A DNA stretch of 63,778 bases, counting the filler, from Chiloscyllium plagiosum (taxonomy: Eukaryota): the NCBI RefSeq assembly GCF_004010195.1. It is 3 parts of one record of this genome, joined end to end, with 100 filler letters (N's around TTAATTAATTAA, not from the genome) between each part and the next. Parts side by side here need not be neighbours in the genome. Positions count along the whole stretch, not along the records: positions 30,803 to 60,585 come from NC_057717.1; positions 60,686 to 63,778 come from NC_057717.1; 1 more part is not named here. One strand, written 5' to 3'. Positions 51,801 through 63,778 of the stretch are shown in pieces. The translations under genes and the position numbers were made by a program. The stretch's first letter is position 1; each line of letters begins with the position of its first letter. The notes beneath the pieces are model-generated. The model was not told the origin of the DNA. It saw only the letters and a program-made list of their open reading frames with translations, and searched no databases.

Positions 51801-54800
51801 ACTCATCGCTGCACACACATTGCGCCCAGCCTGACCCTCACTGCCGTCCAGACACCTCCCCCAGCCTGATCCTCACCGTCATCCACACACTGTCCCCAGA
51901 TTTTCCATCAATGCTGACCACATACCACCCATATCCTGAACCTCATCGCTGTCTACACACCGCCCCCAACCTGACTTTCACCGCCATCCACACGCCACCC
52001 ATAACCTGACCCTCACGGCTGTACACATGCCCCCCAGCCTGAACCTCACCGCCGAACACACACCACCCATATTCTGAAACTCATCGCTGTCCACACACTG
52101 CGCCCAGCCTGACCCTCACTGCCATCCATACACCACCCCCCACCTGACCCTCACCATTATCCACACACCGCTCCCAGCCTGATGCGCCCCACCGTCCACA
52201 CACCACTAATAGCCTGAACTCCACCGCTATTCACACACTGCCCCCAACCTAACCCTCAACGCCATCCAACACTGACCCACCCTGACTCTCACTGCCGTCA
52301 CACAGGGCACCCTGCCTGACCCTCACTGCTGTCCACACACCGTCCACAGCCTGACCCTCACTGCCTCCCACACACAGCCTGATGCGCCCCACCGGCCACA
52401 CACCACTAATAGCCTGAACTCCAACACCATTCACACACTGCCCCCAACCTAACCCTCAACGCCATCCAACACTGACCCACCCTGACCCTCACTGCCGTCC
52501 ACACACGGCACCCTGCCTGACCCTCACTGCTGTCCACACGCTGCCCCCAACCTGATCCTCATAGACGTCAAACACACCGTCCACAGCGCGACCCCCACCG
52601 CCATTCACCACAGCCCGCAGCCTAACAACCACCTCCGTCCACACACGGCACCCTGCCTGACCCTCACCACCATCCACCAACTACACCCTGCCTGACCCTC
52701 ACCGCTGTCTACACACCACTCCTAACCTGACCCCCACCATCATCTACACACTGCCACCAACATTACGCTCAACGCCATCCAACACTGACCCAAGCCTGAC
52801 TCTCACCACCGTCCAACACTGACCCAAGCCGGACCCTCGCAGACGTCCACACACCGCACCCACCCTGACCCTCACCGCTGTCCAACACTGCCACAAGTCT
52901 GACCCTCACCGCTATCCACACACCACCCACAGCCTGACCCTCACTGCAGTCCACCGACTGAAGGCGCTGGGTTCAATGTCAATGAGCCTCAGCCTGGCTC
53001 TCACCGCCGTCCACCAACCAACCCCAGCCTGACCCTCACTGCAGTCCACCGACTGAAGCCAGCCTGACCTTCACCACCGAGGAGAAAGTGAGGTCTGCAG
53101 ATGCTGGAGATCAAAGTTGAAACTTTATTGCTGGAACAGCACAGCAGGTCAGGCAGCATCCAGGGAACAGGAGATTCGACGTTTCGGGCACAGGCCCTTC
53201 TTCAGGCCCTTTTGACCTTCACCACCGTCCATACACCACCTCCAGTCTGACCCTCATCGACATCGAACACATCATCCTCAGCCTGGCTCTCACCGCCGTC
53301 CACCAACTTTCCCCAGCCTGACCCTCACTGCAGTCCACCGACTGAAGCCAGCCTGACCTTCACCACCGTCCATACACCACCTCCAGTCTGACCCTCATCG
53401 ATATCGAACACATCATCCTCAACCTGACCCTCACCGCTGTACACACGCTGCCCCCAGCCTCCATCGTCTACATACTGCCAGCAACTGCCCCTAGCCTGAC
53501 CCTCACCGCCGAACACACACCACCCATAGCCTGAACCTCATCGCTGCCCATACACTGCGCCACACCACCCATAGCCTGAACCTCATCGCTGCCCATACAC
53601 TGCGCCAAGCCTGACTCTCACTGCCGTCCACACACCACCCCCCGCCTGACCCTCACCATCATCCACACACGGATCCCAGCCTGATGCACGCCACCGTCCA
53701 CATACCACTCACAGTCTGCACTCCATCACCGTCCACACACCTCCCCCAGCCTGACCCTCAACGCCATCCAACATTGACCCAGCCTGACCCTCACCGCAGT
53801 CCGCACGCCGCACCCACCCTGACCCTCACAGCCGTCCACACACGGCACCCTGACTGACCCTCACTGTGTCTACACGCCGCCCCCACTCTGTCCCTCAGTG
53901 CTATCCTCACACGACCCCAGCCTGACACACTCTGCCGTCCACACACCACCCATATCCTGAAAGGTATCGCTGTATGCACTGCGTCCAGCCTCCCGTCCAC
54001 ACACTGCCCCCAGTCTGACCCTCACGCCATCCAACATTGAACCAGCCTGACCCTCACCGCCCTCCGCACACTGCACCCACCCTGACCCTCACTGCCGTCC
54101 ACACACTGCACCCTGCCTGAACCTCACCGCTCTCTGCACACCGCCCCTAGCCTGGCCGACCCTCACCACCGTCCACACACCACACCCAGCCTGACCCTCT
54201 CCATCATTCACACACCGTTCCCCGCATGTCCACACACCGCTTTAAGCCTGACACTCAACGCCATATAACACTGAGCCAGCCTGACCTTCACCGTCGTCCA
54301 ACACTGACCCAGCCTGATTCTCACCACCATCTGCACACCGCACCGATCCTGACCCTCACTGCCGTCCACACACTGCACCCTGCCTGACCCTAACTGTTAT
54401 CTATACACCGCCCTTAGCCTGACCCTCACCGCTGTCCACATGCTGCCCCCAGCCTGACCCTCATTGACGTCAAACACATCGACCACAGCGTGACCCTCTC
54501 CGCCGTCCAACACACCCCCAGCCTGACAAACACCTCCGTCCACAAATCACCCCCAGCCTGACCCTCACCGCCGCCCACCAACTGCCCACAGCCTGACACT
54601 CACCGCCGTCCACCAACTGCCCCCAGCCTGACCCTCACTACCGTCCGCAAACCACCCCCAGCATGACCCTCATCGACGTCGAACGCACCGCTCACAGCCT
54701 GACCCTCACCGGCATCCACCAACCTCCCCCAGGCTGAGTCTCACCACCGTCCACCCATCGCCCCCAGCCTGACCCCCACTGCCATCAGACACTATCATAA

Positions 54801-57800
54801 GCCTGACCCCTACCGCCGTCCAACACCAACCTCAGCCTGTCCCTCACTGCTGTCCACACACCGCACCAAGTCTGACCCTCACAGCCGTTCACAACCCGTC
54901 CCCAGTCTGACCCTCACGGCCATCTACACACCGCCCCCAGCCTGACCATCACCGCCATCTACACACCATCCCCAACTTGACCCTCACCGCTGTCTACACA
55001 TGGCCCCTAGCCTGACCCTCACTGCCATCTACACACCGCCCACAATCTGACCCTCACGACCATCTACACACCGCCCCCAGCCTGACCATCACCACCATCT
55101 ACACACCACCCCCAGCTTGACCCTCACCGCCGTCTACACACGGCCCCTAGCCTGACCCTCACCGCCATCTATACAATGCCCACAATCTGACTCTCACCGC
55201 CAACTACACACCACCCTCAGCCTGACCCTCATGGCCATCTACACACCACCCCCAGCCTGACCCTCACCGCCATCTACACACCACCTCCAGCCTCACCCTC
55301 ACTGCTGTCAACACTCCGCCCCCAGCCTGACCCTCACCACCATCCACACATGACCCCCAGCCTGACCCTCACCACTGCCCACACATCGCCCACAGCGTGA
55401 CCCTCACCAGCGCCCACACACCATCCCCAGACTGACCCTCACCACCGCCCACTCACTGTCCCCAGACTGAGCCTCACAGCCGTCCACACTCACCCCCAGC
55501 CTGACCCTCAGCGCCGACCACACACCACCCACATCCTGAAATTCATCATTTCACACACACTGCGACCAGCTTGAACCTCACTGCCATCCACACACCACCT
55601 CCCACCTGACCCTCACCACTGCCCACACACCGCCCACAGCGTGAACCTCGACGCCATACAAGACTGACCCAGCCTGACCCTCACCACCGTCCACACACCA
55701 CCCCCAGCCTGACACTCACTGACGTCCATGCATCACCCCCAGCGTGACCCTCATCGACGTCGAACTCACCGCTCACAGCCTGACCCTCACCACCATCTAC
55801 CAACTTCGCCCAGGCTGACCCCCACCACCATCAAACACTACCACAAACCTGACCCTCACCGCCGTCCATACACCGCCCCCAGCCTGACCACTACCGCCGT
55901 CCAACACCGCCCCCAGCCTGACATTCGCTGCCATCTACACACCACCCCCAGCTTGACCCTCACCGCTGTCAACACCCTGCCCCCAGCTTGATCCTCACCA
56001 CCGTCCACACACGACCCCCAGCCTGACCCTCACCACTGCCCACACACCACCAACAGCGTGACCCACACCACCGCCCACATACCGTCCCCAGACTGACCCT
56101 CACCAGCGCCCACTCACTGTCCCCAGACTGACGCTCACAGCCATCCACACACCACCCCCAGCCTGACCCTCACCGCCGACCACACACNNNNNNNNNNNNN
56201 NNNNNNNNNNNNNNNNNNNNNNNNNNNNNNNNNNNNNNNNNNNNNNNNNNNNNNNNNNNNNNNNNNNNNNNNNNNNNNNNNNNNNNNNNNNNNNNNNNNN
56301 NNNNNNNNNNNNNNNNNNNNNNNNNNNNNNNNNNNNNNNNNNNNNNNNNNNNNNNNNNNNNNNNNNNNNNNNNNNNNNNNNNNNNNNNNNNNNNNNNNNN
56401 NNNNNNNNNNNNNNNNNNNNNNNNNNNNNNNNNNNNNNNNNNNNNNNNNNNNNNNNNNNNNNNNNNNNNNNNNNNNNNNNNNNNNNNNNNNNNNNNNNNN
56501 NNNNNNNNNNNNNNNNNNNNNNNNNNNNNNNNNNNNNNNNNNNNNNNNNNNNNNNNNNNNNNNNNNNNNNNNNNNNNNNNNNNNNNNNNNNNNNNNNNNN
56601 NNNNNNNNNNNNNNNNNNNNNNNNNNNNNNNNNNNNNNNNNNNNNNNNNNNNNNNNNNNNNNNNNNNNNNNNNNNNNNNNNNNNNNNNNNNNNNNNNNNN
56701 NNNNNNNNNNNNNNNNNNNNNNNNNNNNNNNNNNNNNNNNNNNNNNNNNNNNNNNNNNNNNNNNNNNNNNNNNNNNNNNNNNNNNNNNNNNNNNNNNNNN
56801 NNNNNNNNNNNNNNNNNNNNNNNNNNNNNNNNNNNNNNNNNNNNNNNNNNNNNNNNNNNNNNNNNNNNNNNNNNNNNNNNNNNNNNNNNNNNNNNNNNNN
56901 NNNNNNNNNNNNNNNNNNNNNNNNNNNNNNNNNNNNNNNNNNNNNNNNNNNNNNNNNNNNNNNNNNNCGCCCACTCACTGTCCCCAGACTGACGCTCACA
57001 GCCATCCACACACCACCCCCAGCCTGACCCTCACCGCCGACCACACACTGCACTCTGCCTGACCCTCATCGCTGTCGACAGACTGCCCCTAGCCTGGACT
57101 CCACCGCCGTCCACACATCGCCCCCAGCCTGACGCTCGACGCCATCCAACACTGACCCAGCCTGACCCTCACCACCGTCCACACACCACCCCCAGCCTGA
57201 AACTCTCTGACGTCCATGCATAACCCCCAGCCTGACCCTCATCGACATTGAACTCACCGCTCACAGCCTGACCCTCACCGCCATCCACCAACTTCCCCCA
57301 GGCTGACCCCACCACCGTCAACCCACCGCCCCCAGCCTGATAACCAACCACCATCAAATACTACCACAAACCTGACCCTCACCGCCGTCCAAAACCGCCC
57401 CCAGCCTGTCCCTCACTGCCATCCACACACTGCACCAAGCCTGACCCCTGCCGCCATCCACACGCCGCACACAGCCTGTTCCTCACTGCTATCCTCACAC
57501 GCCCCCAGCATGACACTCACAGCCGTCCACACCCCATCCCCAGCCTATCTCTCACAGCTGTCCAGCACTGTCCCAGTCTGACTCTCACCGCCATCTACGC
57601 ACAGCCCCCAGCCTGACCTTCGCCGCCATCTACACACCACCTCCAGCTTGACCCTCACCGCTGTCAACACACCGCCCCCAGCCTGACCCTCACCACCGTC
57701 TACACACGACCCCCAGCCTGACCCTCACCACTGCCCACACACCGCCCACAGCATGACCCTCACCACCGCACACATACCGTCCCCAGACTGACCCTCACCA

Positions 57801-57862
57801 CCGCCCACTCACTGTCCCCAGAATGACCCTCACAGCCATCCGCACACCACCCCCAGCCTGAC
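30803..57862. repeat. Large ~35-bp satellite array, C-rich strand on + (~27 kb including gaps)
   Basis: Consensus CAGCCTGACCCTCACCGCCGTCCACACACCGCCCC, the reverse complement of the 19417-22745 unit, in several hundred diverged monomers. Confidence 0.98.
53080..53212 (-). mobile_element. Short Penelope terminal-repeat insertion with hammerhead core, in the satellite
   Basis: Minus strand reads CTGAAGA-A-GGGC-ctgt-GCCC-GAAAC-GTC-gaatctcc...cactttctcct. Flanked by 15-bp direct repeat TGACCTTCACCACCG (53065-53079 / 53213-53227). Confidence 0.9.
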
Positions 57863-60585
57863 TGTGGACTGAGGGTCAGGCTGGGATGGTGTGTGGACAT
57901 CAGTGAGTGTCAGGCTGGGGGTGGTGTGTGGACGTCAGTGTCAGGCTCGGGGTGGTGCATGGATGGTGGTGAGGTTCAGGCTGGGGCGGTGTGTGGAGAG
58001 AGGAGGGTGTCAGGCTGTGGGCAGTTGGTGGACCGCGGTGAGGGTCACTCTGTGGACGGTGTGTTTGACGTCGATGAGGGTCAAGCTGGGGTGGTGTGTC
58101 GGCGGTGGTGAGAGACAGGCTGGGAGCAGTTGCTGGCGGTATGTCGATGGCGGAGGGTTTCAGGCTGGAGGCAGCATGTGGACAGCGGTGAGGATTCGGC
58201 TAGGGGCAGTGTGTAGACAGTGGGGAGTGCAAGGCAGGATGCGGTGTTTGGATGGAAGTGAGGGTCAGGGTGGGTGTGGTGTGCAGACGACGGCGAGGGT
58301 CAGGCAGGGTCAGTGTTGGACGGTGGTGAGCATCAGGCTTGGGTCAGTGTTGGATGGCGTTGAGGGTCAGGCTGGGGGTGGTGTGTGGACAACGGTGGAG
58401 TTCAGGCTGGGAGTTGTGTGTGGACGGTGTGGAGCATCAGGCTGGGAGCGGTGTGTGGACGGCGTGGATGGTCAGTCTGGGGATGGTGTGTGGATGACGG
58501 TGACGATCAGGCTGGGGATGGTGTGTGGAATATGGTGAGGATCAGGCTGGGGGTGGTGTGTGGACGGCAGTGAGGGCAGCGACGAATTTCAGGATGTGGG
58601 TGGTGTGTGGTCGGCGGTGAGGGTCAGGCTGGGGGTGGTGTGTGGATGGCTGTGAGCGTCAGTCTGGGGACAGTGAGTGGGCGCTGGTGAGGGTCAGTCT
58701 GGGGACGGTATGTGGGCGGTGGTGTGGGTCACGCTGTTGGTGGTGTGTGGGCAGTGGTGAGGGTCAGGCTGGGGGTCGTGTGTGGACGGTGGTGAGGATC
58801 AGGCTGGAGTCGGTGTGTAGATGGCGGGGCAGATAGCGGAGAGAGTCTGACTGGGGCAGTGCTGGACGGCCGTGAGAGTTAGGCTGGGAACAGGGTGTGG
58901 ACGGCTGTGAGTGTCAGGAACAGGGTGTGGACGGCTGTGAGGGTCAGACTGGGGGCGGTGTGTAGATGGTGGTGAGAGTCAGACTGGGGCGGTGCTGGAC
59001 AGCTGTGAGATGTAGGCTGGCGACGGGTTGTGGACGGCTGTGAGGGTCAGACTGAGGGCGGTGTGAAGATGGTGGTGAGAGTCTGAATGGGGCGGTGCTG
59101 GACAGCTGTGAGAAGTAGGCTGGGGACGGGGTGTGGACGGCTGTGAGTGTCANNNNNNNNNNNNNNNNNNNNNNNNNNNNNNNNNNNNNNNNNNNNNNNN
59201 NNNNNNNNNNNNNNNNNNNNNNNNNNNNNNNNNNNNNNNNNNNNNNNNNNNNNNNNNNNNNNNNNNNNNNNNNNNNNNNNNNNNNNNNNNNNNNNNNCAG
59301 TGAATGACAGGCTGAGGGCAGTGTGTAGATGGCGGTGAGGGTAAGACTGGGGTGGTGCTGGACAGCTGTGAGAGATAGGCTGTGGACAGGGTCTGGATGG
59401 CGGTAGGGATCAGTCTGGGTCAGTGTTGGATGGCGTTGAGGCTCAGGCTGGGGGTGGTGTGTGGATGAAGGTGAAGGTCAGGCGGAGTGTGGTGTGTTGA
59501 CAGCAGTAAAGGTCAGGCTGGGCGCAGTGTGTGGGCAGCGATGACGTTCAGGCTATGGGTGGTGTGTGGTCGGCAGTGAGGGTCAGGCTGGGGGCAGTTG
59601 CTGGCGGTATGTGGACGATGAAGGGGGTCAGGCTAGGGGTGGTGTGTATACAGCGGTGAGGGTCAGGCTAGGGGCAGTCTGTAGACAGCAATGAGGGTCA
59701 GGCGGGGTGCAGTATGTGGACGGCAGTGAGGTTCAGGCTGTGTGCAGTGTGCAGACGGCGGTGAGGATCAGAATTGGTCAGTGTTGGATGGCGTTGAGGG
59801 TCAAGATGGGGGCAGTTTATGGACGGTGTTGAGCATCAGGCTAGGAGCGGTGTGTGGACGGCATTGATGGTCAGTCTGAGGACGGTGTGTGGATTACGGT
59901 GACAATCACGCTGGGGATGGTGTGTGGACGGCAGTGAGGGTCAGGCTAGGTGCAATGTGAGGGCAGCGATGAGTTTCAGAATGTGGGTGGTGTGTGGATG
60001 GCTGAGAGTGTCCGTCTGGGGACAGTGAGTGGGCGGTGGTGAGGGTCATTCTGGGGACGGTATGTGGGCGATGGTGAGGGTCACGCTGTGGGTGATATGT
60101 GGGCAGTGGTGAGAGTCAGGCTGGGGGCGGTGTGTTGATTGCGGTGAGGGTCAGGCTGGGGGCGGTGTGTTGATTGCGGTGAGGGTCAGGCAGGGGGCGG
60201 TGTGCAGATGGCGGAGAGAGTCAGACTGGGGAAGTGCTGGACGGCCGTGAGAGTTAGGTTGGAGACAGGGTGTGGACGGCTGTGAGGGTCAGGCTGGGGG
60301 CAGTGTGTAGATGGTGGTGAGAGTCAGACTGGCCGTGAGAGTTAGGTTGGAGACAGGGTGTGGACGGCTGTGAACGTCAGGCTGGGGGCAGTGTGTAGAT
60401 GGTGGTGAGAGTCAGACTGGGGAAGTGCTGGACGGCCGTGAGAGTTAGGTTGGAGACAGGGTGTGGACGGCTGTGAGGGTCAGGCTGGGGGCAGTGTGTA
60501 GATGGTGGTGAGAGTCAGACTGGGGCGGTGCTGGACAGCTGTGAGAGGTAGGCTGGCGACGGGTTGTGGACGGCTGTGAGTGTCA
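57863..60585. repeat. Same ~35-bp satellite in inverted orientation (G-rich on +)
   Basis: Abrupt switch ...cccagcctgac-tgtggactgagg-gtcaggctggg... with no gap. Confidence 0.97.
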
Positions 60586-60685
60586 NNNNNNNNNNNNNNN
60601 NNNNNNNNNNNNNNNNNNNNNNNNNNNNNTTAATTAATTAANNNNNNNNNNNNNNNNNNNNNNNNNNNNNNNNNNNNNNNNNNNN
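60586..60685. other. Artificial scaffold-join spacer
   Basis: N44 + TTAATTAATTAA + N44, identical to 30703-30802. Confidence 0.97.
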
Positions 60686-60689
60686 TTTA

Positions 60690-61962
60690 AAGTAGGGAGG
60701 GCAATGTGTCCGATCGAGGGCAATATAGCTAAACCTCATTGCTTATCCCGAAATGTGGTGTACCGTGTTTCCGACGGAGGATACAGGATTCCATGTATAA
60801 ACTATAGGCAACTTGTGGTTGTATCTTGCTTTGATGATTTATCTGAGGGAGAAACAAGGATGTCCTTTGATCAAATAAGTCGTAACTATAGACTACCGAG
60901 TAGAGATCTCTTCAGTTTTCTTTTCATCATATCAGAGATATTATTCAAAAAAGAACTACACTTTTAACAGACCCGTACAGATCTGATACAGAGAAGATGG
61001 TGCTTAGTGCTAAGAACACACTTTCTGTCAGTACCCTTTACCATTTGTTGGAGAGTGGCCCCTCAGACGAGTCTTTGTGCCTTTCTGAGGTCTGCAAAGA
61101 GTTTTGGGGTTCAGATCTCTTCGGACACAGGGGAGGATATTTGTGAAAATGCAAGAAGGATTTCGATCTGTAAGAAGACTCTTGCCATGTAGTTTAAGAT
61201 TCTTCATATATTTGGCCCCAGATACTCTCTCAAAATTCAAGGTGGGACTATATCTTAAATACGGAATGACTATGGGCACTCTAACGCATTGCTTGTCGAA
61301 CTTCGACCAGCGCTATAGGAGCGGTGTGTTCGATGGGATGGAAAGGATATTGGAGACCGAATTGGAGATGGATCAGGTTTCCCTTTTCCTGAGTCTGCCC
61401 AGTCTACCTTACTCAGATGTGCATATGAAAAAAATACTTCGACAGCCTCACTCTCTGTGTTCAGGAAAAAAGTTTTGTTGTGTTGGGTATCTAAAAACCA
61501 CCTGGGTTTATTGGGTTGTTGTAACATCGTCATGAAGCATAGCTCTTTGGACTTTTTTAAAGGTATGTCGCACCAGAAAATAAAGGAGTTTTATAAGACA
61601 TGGCGGCCCTTTTTGAATTACCAAGATACAGGCTTACCTGCCACTTTAATAAGGACGTTTATATAACTATGACGATCTTTACTAATGAATCTAATGTCCA
61701 TAGAGGAAGAATTACGAACAAATGAACGTGTGTTAGTTAAGGCTCTTGAAGGTTGAGAGCTATATTTTTGTTACACTGAGTTCTACTGTTCGTTTTTTAA
61801 TTTTTAAATTTTTTCTTCAGTCCGTTGATTTACCTTGCTTTTTTTATGTACATGCCCATGGGTGTAATTGTGTTCAATTTGCATTGTTTTTTCAGTTGGG
61901 TACTTATTGGTTCACTGAAGCATTAAAAAGGTTTTCTCTGAATAAAAATATTTTTGAAAAAA
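60690..61962 (+). mobile_element. Decayed L1/Tx1-clade LINE ORF2 C-terminus with T-rich 3' UTR and A-rich end
   Basis: MSFDQISRNYRLPSRDLF, EDICENARRISIC, FKILH, GTLTHC and FYKTWRPFLNY; aataaa at 61941 followed by an A-rich tract. Confidence 0.78.
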
Positions 61963-62019
61963 TTAAAATGTTACCATGGATAGAATAGAGTCCCAAAGGA
62001 CCACTTGCTCATTAGTGAG

Positions 62020-62170
62020 ACCACAAATTATGGTTTATCTTAAGGATCATCACACCACGGGTGACAAGATGAAGTTGAGAGTCCCCTTCGCGGCAATCTC
62101 TGTGTGTGTGGGGAATTGAATCTGCGCTGTTGGCCTTCCTCTGCATCACAAGCCAGCCATCCAGCCAACA
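62020..62170 (-). mobile_element. SINE-like head fragment
   Basis: Reverse strand gttggctggatggctggcttgtgatgcagag..aacagcgcagattcaattccc has a tRNA-like A/B box arrangement. Confidence 0.5.
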
Positions 62171-63034
62171 TATTACGAGACTGCGTAACTGCTATAGATA
62201 GAAATAGCCAAAGTCAAAGTAAAATATAAACTTTGATAAGAAGGAAAAAAGGTACAATTCAGATAACGGTCAAGATAATATCGGAGGAAAAAAAATACTT
62301 CGCTGGAAATTGTATTTTATAGCGAGACAGTTGATTGGATGCTATATTTGGTTGAATAGAAAAAAGTGACCCAAGCGAAATAACCAGAATTACTAATTGT
62401 GATAAGATATCGATAACTATAAAATATGAGTACATTTTTGATTGGTCTGTGTGAAGCATGCTGACCATTGTCTGAAAGTAAAAACTTGATGGAATATATT
62501 TTTGGAGGGCTGGTCCCCATGGGAATTGCCTCCCGAACACATGCTTGAAGAAACCCAAAGTAGGAAGTGCGTAAGTGTCGTCTGGTCAGTGACAGGAAAC
62601 CAGAGGGCTAAAAATGATTGAAAGTTCCTGCAGCGTGAAGCTCAGAAGACAGTCAGATCACCCTCGATCTTATTAAATGGTACAGCAAATTTGAAGAGCT
62701 GAATGGACTCATTGTGATTTTAGTTGCATGAGATTTAAAATGAAACACTCTGTTCCTTCACCTAATATTTTACACACTGGGGCACTACCATTTTCCTGAA
62801 ACTGGGAATTATTTGGAATATTATTTGGAATATTCCATAATCAGCATTCTCCAGAGCATTCTACAATCTGTGTGGATATTACAAAGGCTAGAGACACAGA
62901 GAGATAGGGGCGGGTGCTGCATGCAGGAGTGAGAGTGGTGGAGCATGAGCCTTGTTCGGGTCTCGGTGCTGGAACAGACATACATTTAATATGAGGGACA
63001 GAGAGCATACAATGACCTTATCCTCGCAGAGTGG

Positions 63035-63778
63035 GAATGTTATTAATGTTTGTCCTGTATTGTTGGACATTGCTACAGATCACAGATCCTGCACTGAGCT
63101 GGGTGGTGAGCTCAGATCATGCTCGGTGGGTCTGGTGGTGTGGCCCACTCTGTGAAGAGATGTACTAACCCATCTACCAGGATATCTGTGACCCTGCTGA
63201 CAAACCGTGGTGTAATTGATCCTAATCTGCTATGCTCTGGGTAAACTGTACATGGCAGCTCCAAACTGAGGAAAGCTCAATCGAGTGCCCATTGTCCTTT
63301 TAAAGATGGCATCAGTGCTAGGGATAATGGAATATCCAGGGGTATCCGGGCGTTAGTGGATACCTCCAGCCAAGATGGATGGGAGAATCGGGCTAGCATT
63401 GAATGAGAGGGACACCATGGGTTAGGGTGGGTAGTTAATGAGGTGAGTTCGATATGATAGCACCAGGAAACTAGTTTGGCCTCGTGCAGACAATCCCCCT
63501 GTCACATTCAATGAAAATCACTCCAAGATAAATTATTGTTAGATTCAGCCCGAGGAGTTGAAGACTCTGCTGACCCCATTCACAGTTACAGAGCTGCAGA
63601 ACAAATCCTTACCCAAAACTCTCCATCATCTGAACTCATTACTACATTCCATTCGCCATCATTCCTGGTAATACTGGCTTATTTTGCCGGATGCTATTGA
63701 AATTTCTATATTTCAGCATTCTAAAACCTGTGAACACATCCTTCCAAGACATTGTTGCACAATTTCACCCTCTATGTC
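63035..63778. repeat. Unclassified ~750-bp dispersed sequence (copy B, inverted relative to 5905-6650)
   Basis: For example acatggcagctccaaactgaggaaagctcaatcga is the exact reverse complement of ~6401-6435; collinear throughout. Confidence 0.9.

Noticed and set aside
56107..57048. ~80-bp direct repeat on both sides of the 56188-56967 gap
   Set aside because: Looks like an unmerged contig overlap rather than a biological duplication.
12085..59338. Long ORFs containing X runs
   Set aside because: Artefacts of reading through N gaps.
19417..60585. Dozens of short Val/Arg/Gly/Trp- or Pro/His/Thr-rich ORFs in the satellite blocks
   Set aside because: They are translations of a ~35-bp satellite, with frames shifting every few monomers and no domain or splice structure.
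30803..60585. Immunoglobulin switch-region-like G-rich repeat (GGCTGGGG)
   Set aside because: AGCT palindromes are sparse, no Ig constant exons are in the window, and canonical switch regions are not known in sharks.

Overview
Vertebrate nuclear DNA, almost certainly from a cartilaginous fish (shark). The evidence is HE1/V-SINE-type tRNA SINEs, CR1 (HER1-type) LINE remnants, Penelope-like elements and a GPR139-like first exon of the type expanded in sharks. It is a draft assembly: three scaffolds are joined by 100-nt N44-TTAATTAATTAA-N44 linkers (30703-30802, 60586-60685), and there are seven other gaps. The only credible host coding sequence is exon 1 of a GPR139/GPR142-like orphan GPCR (2146-2326, minus strand, perfect GTAAGT donor); its remaining exon(s) lie left of the window. 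About half the window is a strand-skewed ~35-bp satellite (19.4-22.7 kb and 30.8-60.6 kb) with higher-order blocks and a gap-free orientation flip at ~57865. The rest is decayed retroelements, three minisatellites and a ~750-bp unclassified dispersed sequence. The most notable signal is a set of minimal hammerhead-ribozyme motifs (CUGANGA-stem II-GAAAC-GUC) in Penelope terminal repeats. These include two ~115-130-bp copies inserted with target duplications at the same register of the satellite, and one copy sitting in the loop of a 48-bp hairpin. Repeat boundaries were estimated by eye, and family names come from recalled motifs, not database searches.
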